In this document: in pieces, positions 1-8,605 of the stretch
Position numbering within the stretch: position 1 is the first letter of the stretch
Layout of the letters: each line of letters begins with the position of its first letter
Assembly (NCBI GenBank): GCA_937952415.1
Contig: CALFYT010000120.1
Coordinates: forward strand, 5,026-69,025
Direction: 5' to 3'
DNA: 64,000 nucleotides
Source of the DNA: an uncultured Planctomycetaceae bacterium
GTDB taxonomy: Bacteria > Planctomycetota > Planctomycetia > Pirellulales > PALSA-1355
Notes under the pieces: model-generated
Told to the model about the DNA's origin: nothing
Database searches by the model: none
Seen by the model: the letters and a program-made list of their open reading frames with translations, nothing else
Program-made: the position numbers and the translations under genes

Positions 1-1
1 C

Positions 2-562
2 TGGAGCGCCGCCTACTACAGCGACGCGGGCATGAGCATTAACGACGCGCTGCGGTTGACACTGGCATTGCCGATCGGCATGGGATTGGGAGCGCTGGCG
101 GGCGGACATATGTCGGACCGGTGGTTCATCTCGCGCCGCGCAACTGTGGTGGCGATCTTCCTGGGAATCAGCACGGTTTGCTTCTTGGTAATTCGCGGCA
201 ATCCGGTGTCGGCCGACGGTGATCAGAAGCTGGGGATCGCGATGTTGTTCCTGGCCGGTTTTTTCGTATACGGCGCGCAAGGCCCGTTGTGGGCCATGTG
301 TCCCGACCTGGTCGGTACGGCAAGCTCGGGTACTGCTGTCGGCCTGATGGACGCATTGGCCTATGCCGGCGCGGCGGCGCAAGGGCCGATCCTGGGATAC
401 CTGGTCGATGCGCAGACCAGCAAAGGATACTCCGCCATGTTCCTTTGCTTGGCGGCTGTGTCCGGCGCCGGCGCATTGCTGGCGTTGGCTAGCGCCGCCT
501 CGGCGCCCGTTGCTCGGGACCGACGTCAACCGCCTCGCCGTGAAGCAAGGAGCAAGCCATGA
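2..562 (+). CDS. MFS transporter, C-terminal part (5' end upstream of window); GlpT/UhpC-like organophosphate:Pi antiporter family suspected
   Basis: Frame is open to the window edge. Alternating hydrophobic helices and loops such as GHMSDRWF..RR and GAQGPLWAMCPDLVG..GTAVGLMDALAYAG fit MFS. The stop overlaps the next start (ATGA at 559-562). Confidence 0.75.
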   Translation, partial: WSAAYYSDAGMSINDALRLTLALPIGMGLGALAGGHMSDRWFISRRATVVAIFLGISTVCFLVIRGNPVSADGDQKLGIAMLFLAGFFVYGAQGPLWAMCPDLVGTASSGTAVGLMDALAYAGAAAQGPILGYLVDAQTSKGYSAMFLCLAAVSGAGALLALASAASAPVARDRRQPPRREARSKP

Positions 563-1674
563 GCGACATGGCACGCGCGGCCGTCTTCGTCGGTCCGGGC
601 AAGCCGCTGCTGATGCAGCAATTCACGCTGCCGCAACTTGCGCCAGGCGAAGCGTTGGTCCGGGTTAATTGTGCGACGCTATGCGGCAGCGACTTGCACA
701 CCTACTTGGGCCGCCGCGAGACGCCCTGCCCCACGATCCTCGGCCATGAAATATTGGGACGCGTGGCGGCGCTGCCGGCAGGCGAAACGCTCGTCGATCT
801 GGCGGGCCGGCGGCTTGACGTTGGCGACCGGATCACCTGGTCGATCGCCGCGAATTGCGGGACATGCTTCTACTGCGAGCGCGGCATTCCGCAGAAGTGC
901 CGGCGGCTGTTCAAGTACGGTCACGAGGCGATCACCGACGCGCATCCGTTGAGTGGCGGGTTGGCCGACTACTGCCATCTTGCGCGCGGTACGGCCGTGC
1001 TGCGTGTGCCGGACGGCTTGCCGGATGAGGTCGCTTGCCCGGCCAATTGTGCCACCGCAACGGTCGCCGCGGCGTTGCGCGTAGCGGGCGGATGCCGTGA
1101 CGAAGTGGTTTTAGTGCAAGGCGCGGGCATGTTGGGCCTGACGGCCGCCGCGATGGCTCGTGCCGCTGGAGCGCGAGAAACGATCGTTTGCGATCCGGAC
1201 CGCGGACGCCTGAGCCGGGTCGCTGATTTCGGCGCCACGCGCGCCGTCGCATTGGACAATCCGGGCGATCGTACGGCGGTCGATACGGCGCTGCGCTCGG
1301 CGATTGACGCGAGTACCGACGGACGGGGTGTTGACCTGGCGTTGGAACTATCCGGCGCGCCAGAGGCGGTGGAAGCCGCGGTACCCCGGCTGCGAATCGG
1401 GGGACGATACGTCCTGGTCGGGGCTGTGTTTCCGACGCGCGACGTGGCGCTTTCGGCCGAGCAGGTCGTCCGGCGGCTACTGCGCATCGAAGGCGTCCAC
1501 AACTACACGCCAGCCGATTTGCGTACGGCAATCGACTTTCTGGCGGCAAACCACGAACGCTATCCGCTGGCCGACCTGGTTACGGGCCGATTCGGGCTCT
1601 CCGAGGCGGAGTCAGCGTTCGAACACGCTCGGTCGACCAAGGCTCCGCGGGTCGCGGTCGTACCCGAAGCGTAG
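559..1674 (+). CDS. Zinc-dependent alcohol dehydrogenase family (MDR superfamily) oxidoreductase
   Basis: 371-aa ORF. CGSDLH..GHE catalytic-zinc motif, C..C..C..C structural-zinc cluster (CGTCFYCERGIPQKC), and Rossmann motif VLVQGAGMLGL. AAGGAG RBS lies 6 nt upstream of the ATG. Confidence 0.85.
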   Translation: MSDMARAAVFVGPGKPLLMQQFTLPQLAPGEALVRVNCATLCGSDLHTYLGRRETPCPTILGHEILGRVAALPAGETLVDLAGRRLDVGDRITWSIAANCGTCFYCERGIPQKCRRLFKYGHEAITDAHPLSGGLADYCHLARGTAVLRVPDGLPDEVACPANCATATVAAALRVAGGCRDEVVLVQGAGMLGLTAAAMARAAGARETIVCDPDRGRLSRVADFGATRAVALDNPGDRTAVDTALRSAIDASTDGRGVDLALELSGAPEAVEAAVPRLRIGGRYVLVGAVFPTRDVALSAEQVVRRLLRIEGVHNYTPADLRTAIDFLAANHERYPLADLVTGRFGLSEAESAFEHARSTKAPRVAVVPEA

Positions 1675-1751
1675 TGCGCGCAGTGGCTGGCGTCGTTTTT
1701 GGCTCCGCGGCAAGTGGGCGTTGCCGGGAAATTGTAATTGCCGCGACGCAG

Positions 1752-3113
1752 CTACTTCTTCGCTTGCGCCTCGGCGTTACGCCGCTCGGGCGACTTGGGC
1801 GCCTTGTCGACAAGCTCGTTAATTTGCCCGGGCCGCTTGTTCAGATGAAACGCGTCGTACAGTTCGCCGGTGGCAGTGCGGGCTTCGTAGCTCAGCGTGT
1901 CGCCGTCGATCGAAATGATCTGGTAAAGCTGCGTGTCCTCGGCCGCCCGAGCCATCTCCGGGCGCCGGTCGATCTTATACATTTTCGGTCCGCTGACGGA
2001 AACGACGTAGATCGTGCCGCCTTCGGGGCTGCGCGCGGTGGCGCCGCTGGGCACGTTCTCCGTGCCCTGCTGCTTGAAGCGGGCGTAGCTGTGGTCGTGT
2101 CCAGTGAGCACCAGGTCGACCTTATATTCATCGAACAGCGGTTTCCAGCTCTGGCGCAAATGTGGATTGTCGCGCCCGCGGGCCGTGGAATACACCGGAT
2201 GGTGGAACGTAATCACGGTCCACTTGTTCGGGTTGTCCTTCAGAAAGCCTTCAAGCCATTTGGTTTGCTTCGTCAATGTCTCGTTGGAATTGAGCGAGAT
2301 CAGGCGAACGCCCTGGTAGTCAAGGCAATAAACCGTCTCGTCGAGGCCTTCGGGTCCGTTGTCGGGTAAGGTGAATTGTGGTCGCCAGTGATGCGACAGT
2401 GCGCGCCCTGCTACCGGATTCGAGGAATTGCGCGGGTACTCGTGATTGCCCGGCGTGGCCATGCTGGGCACCATTGCGTTGAGCCAAGCTCCGGCACCGA
2501 ACCACTCGCCCCATTCCGCGTCGCGATTGCCGCTGTTGATCAAGTCGCCGGCATGCAGCATGAACTTGGCTTTGGGTGCGTCGCTGTGGGCTTCGCGGAT
2601 GACGCGCGACCAGTGCTCGCGCACGCTGTTCTGCGCGTCGCCGAAGTAAATGAATGAAAACGGCTCCGGCTTGTCGCTGGCTGTTTGAAACTGAAACCAC
2701 TCGCTCCAGTTGACGCCGTCACCCACGCGATACACATACTTCGTCGCGGGCTCGAGCTCGGTGAACACCAGGCTATGATAGTTGGCCGGCCCAAGGTCGC
2801 TCTCTTGGCGCGTGGTCGTGGCGCCGACCTCTTTCGCTTTGCCGACAAAGGCCGGGCCTGACTCGGCAACGGCGATTTGTGCCATGGCCTTGCCGACCGA
2901 AACGTCCGTGCGCCAGGTGACGGCCTGGTTGTGGGCCGGATCTTCCTGCAGCGTGAGAATGATGCGATCCGGCATCGGCGTCGCTCGGTACAGTTCCTCG
3001 TCGAGGACTTTCTTCGGCGGATGGTCATCGTGCGCGGCGAGCGGCGCGGCCCAAGTCGTGACGAAACAAGCCAGCAACAACAGCGACATGATCCACGGTC
3101 GGCGAACGGTCAT
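1752..3113 (-). CDS. Secreted metallophosphoesterase, purple-acid-phosphatase-like
   Basis: Calcineurin-like motifs GDAQ, GDLIN, GNHEY, TFHHP and GHDHSYAR. Start set at MTVRRPWIMSLLLLACFVTTWAAPLAA (signal peptide) rather than the ORF-track start at 3182. Confidence 0.8.
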   Translation of the reverse strand: MTVRRPWIMSLLLLACFVTTWAAPLAAHDDHPPKKVLDEELYRATPMPDRIILTLQEDPAHNQAVTWRTDVSVGKAMAQIAVAESGPAFVGKAKEVGATTTRQESDLGPANYHSLVFTELEPATKYVYRVGDGVNWSEWFQFQTASDKPEPFSFIYFGDAQNSVREHWSRVIREAHSDAPKAKFMLHAGDLINSGNRDAEWGEWFGAGAWLNAMVPSMATPGNHEYPRNSSNPVAGRALSHHWRPQFTLPDNGPEGLDETVYCLDYQGVRLISLNSNETLTKQTKWLEGFLKDNPNKWTVITFHHPVYSTARGRDNPHLRQSWKPLFDEYKVDLVLTGHDHSYARFKQQGTENVPSGATARSPEGGTIYVVSVSGPKMYKIDRRPEMARAAEDTQLYQIISIDGDTLSYEARTATGELYDAFHLNKRPGQINELVDKAPKSPERRNAEAQAKK

Positions 3114-3397
3114 GGGGTTTGCTTTCCTGGTTGGGCGATTGGAGGGACGGTCACGTGGCGCCGGACCGGAGTTCGGCAGCAATCAAAATCAAATAGGTGG
3201 GTCGCGGCCCGATGGTTGTGCAGTGGTGCAAGCCATGCTTGGCGACCCGTACAGCATAGATTACTTGGTTTGCATGAAGATTTCATGTGGTCGAGCCGGC
3301 GGATTCGCGGAAACGGCATTGTTCCGCCACTTGATTGCCCGCCGCAACGGCACGCACAGTATCGACAAACCGGGCTGCCGGCATGCTGACTGCTGAG

Positions 3398-3628
3398 TCA
3401 GTAGCCCAATCCGGGGCCATCAAGGACCGACGTGCCCAGTGTTCCATCCGTGACGCGGAACATCGTGGGAAACCGGTCGATCCAGTCGCGGTTTCCGGCC
3501 GGGCAATACTGTCGGGCATTGCCTTCGATCGCGGCCACCGCCGGCAACCGGGCCGACAACGAAGCCGAGTGCAGAAACGATCGGCCGGGGCACGTGAGGT
3601 CTTGCACGCAGAGGAACATGCCGTATTT
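3398..3628 (-). pseudogene. In-frame 3' continuation of the enolase-superfamily gene beyond the TAG
   Basis: Codons AAA TAC GGC ATG TTC... are in phase with the upstream ORF (3631-3619 = 12 nt). About four-fifths of third positions are G/C by my count, so it reads as coding. The reading frame ends at TGA 3398-3400. Confidence 0.55.
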
Positions 3629-4750
3629 CTACTCCGCGCCGCCCATCAGCATTTCCTCGCTGTGTCCCTTGCACGCCTTGAGCGCAACGCCCGTATAGCC
3701 TAACTCGCGACACAAAAGCAGGCTCTCCAGGTCGACCAGCGATTCGTCGATTACTACCGGTTTGATCTCGGCAGCGCGGTGCATGCGGTTTTCCGGATGT
3801 GCCCGCAGATCGCGATGCGTCGGCTGTTCGATGTACTGAACGCGATCGAAGGCGGTAGGCGACCGCTCGCGCAATTGGTTCAGAAAGTCGAGCACGTAGT
3901 CGACGTTGGCACACTTCTCGTTGAAGTCGAGCGAGTAGTTCCAAGTTGCGCATCCCCGAGCCTGTTGTGCTCCAGCGGCCACCGATTCCACGGCAACGAC
4001 CCGATCGACGTCCCACGGAAGATTGTCACCCGCCAACTTGATCTTCATGTGCGTGAGCCCATCGGCGGCAATCCACTGCGGCAACGTTTCGGGTAGACCA
4101 TCGCCAACCGGTGTGGTTACGTCGGCGTCGGTCAATGGGTCGAGCGCTCCGACCAGGTGATACAGCGGCATCCGCGACTTCGGTTCGCGCAGCGTGTATC
4201 GGTCGAGGTACTCCCCGGCGAAGTCGGGCGTCAAGTAGTGGGCCAGGTCCGCACTGACGAACTCGGCACCGAGCAGGTTGTAGGCATTTTGGCCAAGCGC
4301 GTGACCATACGCGTCGTGGATGGCGGCTTCCAACGGGCTGGCAGCTACGAGCTGCGCCAGTCGTGGCATCGGCTCGGGAAGGCCCGCACGGTTGACCACA
4401 CTGTCCGCGGTAGATTGGTAGTCGGCAGACAGTTCCTGTGTCAGCTCCAACGGGTGTGCCGTCAGCGAACAATCGTCGGCGGCCCCAACAAGCTGCTGGC
4501 CGAGCGCGAGCATGCACTCGAGCGTCGACTGGTCGGCGGTCGTGTCGCTCGGCCAAGCCCAGGCATTGCCCAGCGGCATCGAGCCCAATCCCTGACCTTG
4601 GCGTCCGTCGCGCGTTTCCACGTCGACCGTTACGTTGAGCAACAGCGCGTCGGTCACCACGCGGCCACCGAATTTGATCGGCGTTCGATACGGAATCTGG
4701 TCGGTTGTCGCGCGGGCGGAAACGATACGGACGTCAGTCAACTTGGCCAC
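3629..4750 (-). CDS. Enolase-superfamily enzyme (mandelate racemase/muconate lactonizing enzyme family), ended prematurely by an in-frame TAG
   Basis: MKIKLAG, IEQP and VIDESL metal-ligand strand motifs. GTG start at 4750 preceded by GGAG. TAG at 3629-3631 is followed in the same frame by 76 further sense codons. Confidence 0.8.
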   Translation of the reverse strand: MAKLTDVRIVSARATTDQIPYRTPIKFGGRVVTDALLLNVTVDVETRDGRQGQGLGSMPLGNAWAWPSDTTADQSTLECMLALGQQLVGAADDCSLTAHPLELTQELSADYQSTADSVVNRAGLPEPMPRLAQLVAASPLEAAIHDAYGHALGQNAYNLLGAEFVSADLAHYLTPDFAGEYLDRYTLREPKSRMPLYHLVGALDPLTDADVTTPVGDGLPETLPQWIAADGLTHMKIKLAGDNLPWDVDRVVAVESVAAGAQQARGCATWNYSLDFNEKCANVDYVLDFLNQLRERSPTAFDRVQYIEQPTHRDLRAHPENRMHRAAEIKPVVIDESLVDLESLLLCRELGYTGVALKACKGHSEEMLMGGAE

Positions 4751-4907
4751 GGGAGTCTCCGACGGGAACACGGACCGCGCGGGAGCGCGGGGGTGTTTCG
4801 ATTGTCGAACGATTCCGCGGTCGACGCAAGGCACCCAGCGCGCAACGATAGAGCGGTGAATCGTGCACTCGGATGACCGGCTTGTCAGCGGGAGTCGTGA
4901 CGGAAGC

Positions 4908-5540
4908 TTAGACGAGGCCCTTGCGCACGGCCCACACGGCGGCCTGCGTCCGGTCGGAAACGCCGACCTTGCGCAGGATGTGCTGGACGTGCTCTTTGAC
5001 GGTCTCGTAACTGATGTGAAGCGCCAGGGCGATTTCCTTGTTTGTCAGGCCATAGGCCAGTTGACGCAGGACCTCGCTTTCGCGCTGCGTCAGTGGCACC
5101 TCCACGTCGGCGGTTAGCCGCGGCGTTGCCAGCGCGCCGGTGACGCGCCGCAACTCATCGCGTGTCCACGCGCTTTGGCCGGCGGCCGCGGTGTGGATTG
5201 CTTCGATCAGCTTGTCGCGTGTGGCTCCTTTCAGCAGGAAGCCACTTGCCCCCAGCGCGACGGCGCGGGCAACGTACGTCGGATTGTCGTACGTCGAAAG
5301 AATCAAGATCGGCATGTTGGGTCGATCAAGCTTGATCCGCCCCAGCGCGTTCAGCCCGTCTCCCTCGGGCATCCGGATGTCCAACATGACGACGTCCGGT
5401 TCGTGTTTCAACGCGAGGCGGACGGCTTGTTCACCCGTGGATGCCTCGGCAATGATCTTGATATCGGTGTCGGCGAGTAGGTTTTTTAGTCCGGACCGAA
5501 CGACTTCGTGATCGTCGGCGATGAGTAACTTTATTGCCAT
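4908..5540 (-). CDS. NarL/FixJ-type response regulator (REC + LuxR HTH)
   Basis: MAIKLLIADDHEVVRSGL...DVVMLDIRMP receiver motifs and a C-terminal LuxR HTH (LTQRESEVLRQLAYGLTNKEIA). Start at MAIKLL, preceded by AGGAGAGGAG. Confidence 0.9.
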   Translation of the reverse strand: MAIKLLIADDHEVVRSGLKNLLADTDIKIIAEASTGEQAVRLALKHEPDVVMLDIRMPEGDGLNALGRIKLDRPNMPILILSTYDNPTYVARAVALGASGFLLKGATRDKLIEAIHTAAAGQSAWTRDELRRVTGALATPRLTADVEVPLTQRESEVLRQLAYGLTNKEIALALHISYETVKEHVQHILRKVGVSDRTQAAVWAVRKGLV

Positions 5541-5626
5541 GCCTGCACTCCTCTCCTGACCGAAGCCCCCCGTGCGAAACTCGGCCACTTACCTTGGGGA
5601 CGGGCCCCTAGTTGTCCCCGCAATGA

Positions 5627-5635
5627 ATTATAGCA
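5627..5635 (-). promoter_or_regulatory. Putative extended -10 promoter (TGCTATAAT) for the response regulator
   Basis: The reverse complement of 5627-5635 reads TGCTATAAT. It lies about 85 nt upstream of the ATG at 5540. No convincing -35 element. Confidence 0.35.
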
Positions 5636-5873
5636 TGTGTGACCCCCCGATGGAGTCCCCCTTGTGAGTAGGATGGCGATACTGTTCGATAGTGGAGTGC
5701 ATTCGGGGGTGCTTCTCGCCGAATCGTCATGCGACACGCTAAATGGCACGCGAATCAGTGCCGATCGCTGATCATGACGCCCGTAAAACCGCTAGCAAGG
5801 TACGGGCCTTTCCGCCGTCGGGCGGGGCTTGCGAGTTGCGCGATTTGCGATCATTTTATTCCAATCGGGGGGG

Positions 5874-6530
5874 CTAGCGCTCCGCTCGCATGGCTTGGTA
5901 ATAGGGCTGGATGGCTTGCATGTCGAATGGCCGTAACACCATGACCGAGACCGGCTTGCCGTCCACCGACTTGTACGTGTGCCGTCCGGAGATTTGGAAC
6001 ACGTCGAGCAACTGAACGTCCGCCCCTTCGCTATAGCGATCCGTTGGCAAACCACGGACCAGAAACGTCGCCGGCCGGTGGATGGTTTCCAAGCGTGCCT
6101 GAAAGTTCTTCACGGTGCGCACGCGAACGGCGAAATAGCATCGCACGAGCATTTCGTCGTCGGAAAGGATTTGATTGACGTGGCAGGTCAAGCGCGGCAC
6201 ACGACCGATCGCACCGACCTCGGGCGGAAAGCGCAGTGCCGGCACGATCGGCTCCTTGGTTTCTCGCAGCGATTGTAGATTTTTTTCAACTCTTTCGATG
6301 CGCTGTTGCGTGGCGGCGGACGTGTCTTTGCCGAATCGCAGTCCTCGCAACTCGAACTCGAGTCGGGCGATAGCTCCCCGGCGCGAGTTTTCGCACGTTT
6401 CAAGGAAGCGGCGAATCTTGGGCGGAATTGCGTCCGGCGAGACGGTCCGTTGGGCGCGCGGAGTTTGCGCCGTCGCGACACTTGTCGCTAGTGCGAAGAC
6501 AATCGCAACCGACATGGTTCGTGTCATCAA
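5874..6530 (-). CDS. Hypothetical secreted protein
   Basis: 218-aa ORF with an N-terminal signal-like segment MMTRTMSVAIVFALATSVATAQTP. No family recognised. Confidence 0.6.
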   Translation of the reverse strand: MMTRTMSVAIVFALATSVATAQTPRAQRTVSPDAIPPKIRRFLETCENSRRGAIARLEFELRGLRFGKDTSAATQQRIERVEKNLQSLRETKEPIVPALRFPPEVGAIGRVPRLTCHVNQILSDDEMLVRCYFAVRVRTVKNFQARLETIHRPATFLVRGLPTDRYSEGADVQLLDVFQISGRHTYKSVDGKPVSVMVLRPFDMQAIQPYYQAMRAER

Positions 6531-6651
6531 ATCGAGACTGTTCCATTGCCCACCGGGCGAGCGCCGGTCGGCGACATGGTTACGAGGCTAGTCGCGTCGC
6601 GGCATGCCGTCAAGCGCGGCGATGCGCCGTGATCGGGCACACGCGCCAGCG

Positions 6652-7938
6652 CTACGCCACGATTTCGTAGCCTTTGCGTTGCGTTCGCGCTTGCCACGCT
6701 TGGGCCTCCGAGTCGCCCACGATTTGTTCCGCGTCCGGATCCCACTGGATCTTGCGCCCGAGGCGAATCGCGATGTTGGCCAGGTGGCACGTCGAAACCG
6801 AGCGATGATGGGTAAAGACGTCGGAGATCGGCAGCTCGCGCGATTTGACGCACTGGAAGAAGTTGGCCATGTGCGTAGTCGGTTTGCCGCGATAGAGTTG
6901 TTCGATCGCGCCTTCCGGCAGCGGATTGTCGGTCAACTCTTCGACGGGCTTGCCCTTGAGTGCTCCACGGCTAACGAAGATCCGACCCTTGTCGCCTTCG
7001 AACGTAATGCCGTTGTCCGTGTCGTGACGAATGATCAGTTCGACGTCGTTTTTGTATTGGCACGTCACGAAGAACTCGGTTGCCGTGTTGTAGCCGTTTT
7101 CGACGTCGGGATGCTTTGCCGTTCCTTCGACAGAGATCGGCCCGGAGCTTTCTGCGCCAATTCCCCATTGCGCGATGTCGACGTGATGCGCACCCCAGTC
7201 AGTCATCTTGCCGCCGGAGTACTCGTACCACCAGCGAAACTCGTAGTGGCACCGTTTCTCGGTGTAGTCCACTTTTGGGGCCTGGCCGAGCCACATGTCC
7301 CAATTCAATTCCGGCGGAACGGGCATGACCGGAAACGGACCGCCGGCCGGCGCCGCACCGATCGCGCAGATCGCGCGACGCACGCGTCCGATCCGGCCGT
7401 CGCGAATCATGGCGATGGCGCGCAAGAACCGTTGTCCCATTTCGGTCCGCTGTTGCGTGCCGACTTGGAACACCCGCCCAGTCTCTTTTTGCACCTGGCA
7501 GATCAATTTGCCTTCGTCGATTGTCAGCGTGAGGGGCTTCTCGCAATAGACGTCCTTGCCGGCTTTCATGGCGTCGATGGCGATCTTGGTGTGCCAGTGG
7601 TCGGGCGTCACGATCGACACCACGTCGATGTCGTCTCGATCCAGAACTCGGCGATAGTCTTCGTAAATGTCGGCTTTTCCGCCGGCCTTCTGCTTTGCTT
7701 GCTCTGCGTGCCTGCGATCGACGTCGCACACAGCCACGATGTCGCCGTCGTGGCGAATGGCGCGGAACAGTCCGTTCCATCGACTTCCGGTTCCGATGCA
7801 ACCGACAAGCGGGCGGTCGTTCTTGCTGGTTTCTTGTGCTCTGGCTAGGTGTTCTTGCGTAAACCAATAGGGAACCGCAAGGCCGGCGGCGGCCGACGTT
7901 TGAAGGAACTTGCGGCGATTGGGAGTACATTCGCTCAT
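6652..7938 (-). CDS. Gfo/Idh/MocA family oxidoreductase with Tat signal
   Basis: N-terminal twin-arginine signal ([16 protein letters not shown]). Rossmann segment [10 protein letters not shown] and the EKP motif (DVYCEKPLT). Confidence 0.85.
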   Translation of the reverse strand: MSECTPNRRKFLQTSAAAGLAVPYWFTQEHLARAQETSKNDRPLVGCIGTGSRWNGLFRAIRHDGDIVAVCDVDRRHAEQAKQKAGGKADIYEDYRRVLDRDDIDVVSIVTPDHWHTKIAIDAMKAGKDVYCEKPLTLTIDEGKLICQVQKETGRVFQVGTQQRTEMGQRFLRAIAMIRDGRIGRVRRAICAIGAAPAGGPFPVMPVPPELNWDMWLGQAPKVDYTEKRCHYEFRWWYEYSGGKMTDWGAHHVDIAQWGIGAESSGPISVEGTAKHPDVENGYNTATEFFVTCQYKNDVELIIRHDTDNGITFEGDKGRIFVSRGALKGKPVEELTDNPLPEGAIEQLYRGKPTTHMANFFQCVKSRELPISDVFTHHRSVSTCHLANIAIRLGRKIQWDPDAEQIVGDSEAQAWQARTQRKGYEIVA

Positions 7939-8082
7939 CGTGACTAATCCTTGTCGTTCAGGGACTAGTGGACAGGGTCGGAGGAGTGAAATGCGCGAGG
8001 CCTAGACTTTCTAGTCTAGCGCGGGGGCGGACGGTTTGCAAAATGTGTGCAGTAACACGGTCAACGCAGATACAATGCTGGA

Positions 8083-8511
8083 ATGAACAGGCCGGTAAGA
8101 GCCCGCGAACTCTCCTACGTATGCTGTCAGCGTAACTTTGACTCTGAAAAACAACGGGCCGAAATCGAAGCACTGCTGCGAGCCGGCGCGGATATACAGC
8201 AGGCGGACAAGAACGGCGTGACGCCTTTGCACCACGCAGTTCGCTTTCGCAGTCCAGTTGCCGTAGAGACGCTGCTCGAACACGGCGCCGCAGTGAATCA
8301 GATTTGCAAACGCTCTGGATCGACGCCTTTGCACCGAGCGGTGACGCCGACAGGCGCTCCTGGCACGGGCGGGAAAGACGAGGAAGCTCGACGGATCATC
8401 GAGATTCTGCTGCGGTATGGGGCGGATCCGACCGTCAAAAACAAGAATGGGAAAACGCCGGCAGACTATGTGCATGACGAAGAATTGATTCGGCTGCTAA
8501 GCGGGAACTAA
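8083..8511 (+). CDS. Ankyrin-repeat protein
   Basis: Repeated G(A/V)D.N..D..G.TPLH.A units (KNGVTPLHHAVRF..., GSTPLHRAV..., KNGKTPADY). Confidence 0.8.
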   Translation: MNRPVRARELSYVCCQRNFDSEKQRAEIEALLRAGADIQQADKNGVTPLHHAVRFRSPVAVETLLEHGAAVNQICKRSGSTPLHRAVTPTGAPGTGGKDEEARRIIEILLRYGADPTVKNKNGKTPADYVHDEELIRLLSGN

Positions 8512-8605
8512 AACGCGGTGGTTCAGACAACTTTTCGAGTGTGTCCGGGAATTCCAGTGCAGAGTTTCGCCTGCGCCAGTTCTGACCAGATCGGGGCTAT
8601 CTGGT

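Noticed and set aside
3386-3401. CTGACT-gctg-AGTCAG hairpin overlapping the enolase-tail stop codon
   Set aside because: The 6-bp stem is AT-containing with no U-tract, so it is too weak to call a terminator.
3629-3631. TAG as a programmed pyrrolysine or other recoding site
   Set aside because: No pyl genes or recoding structure are visible, and the lineage is not known for Pyl use. A nonsense mutation or sequencing error is more parsimonious. It remains open only as generic read-through.
6604-7848. 414-aa plus-strand ORF
   Set aside because: It is antisense to the well-supported Tat-signal Gfo/Idh/MocA oxidoreductase. The translation is low-complexity and Arg/Val-rich.
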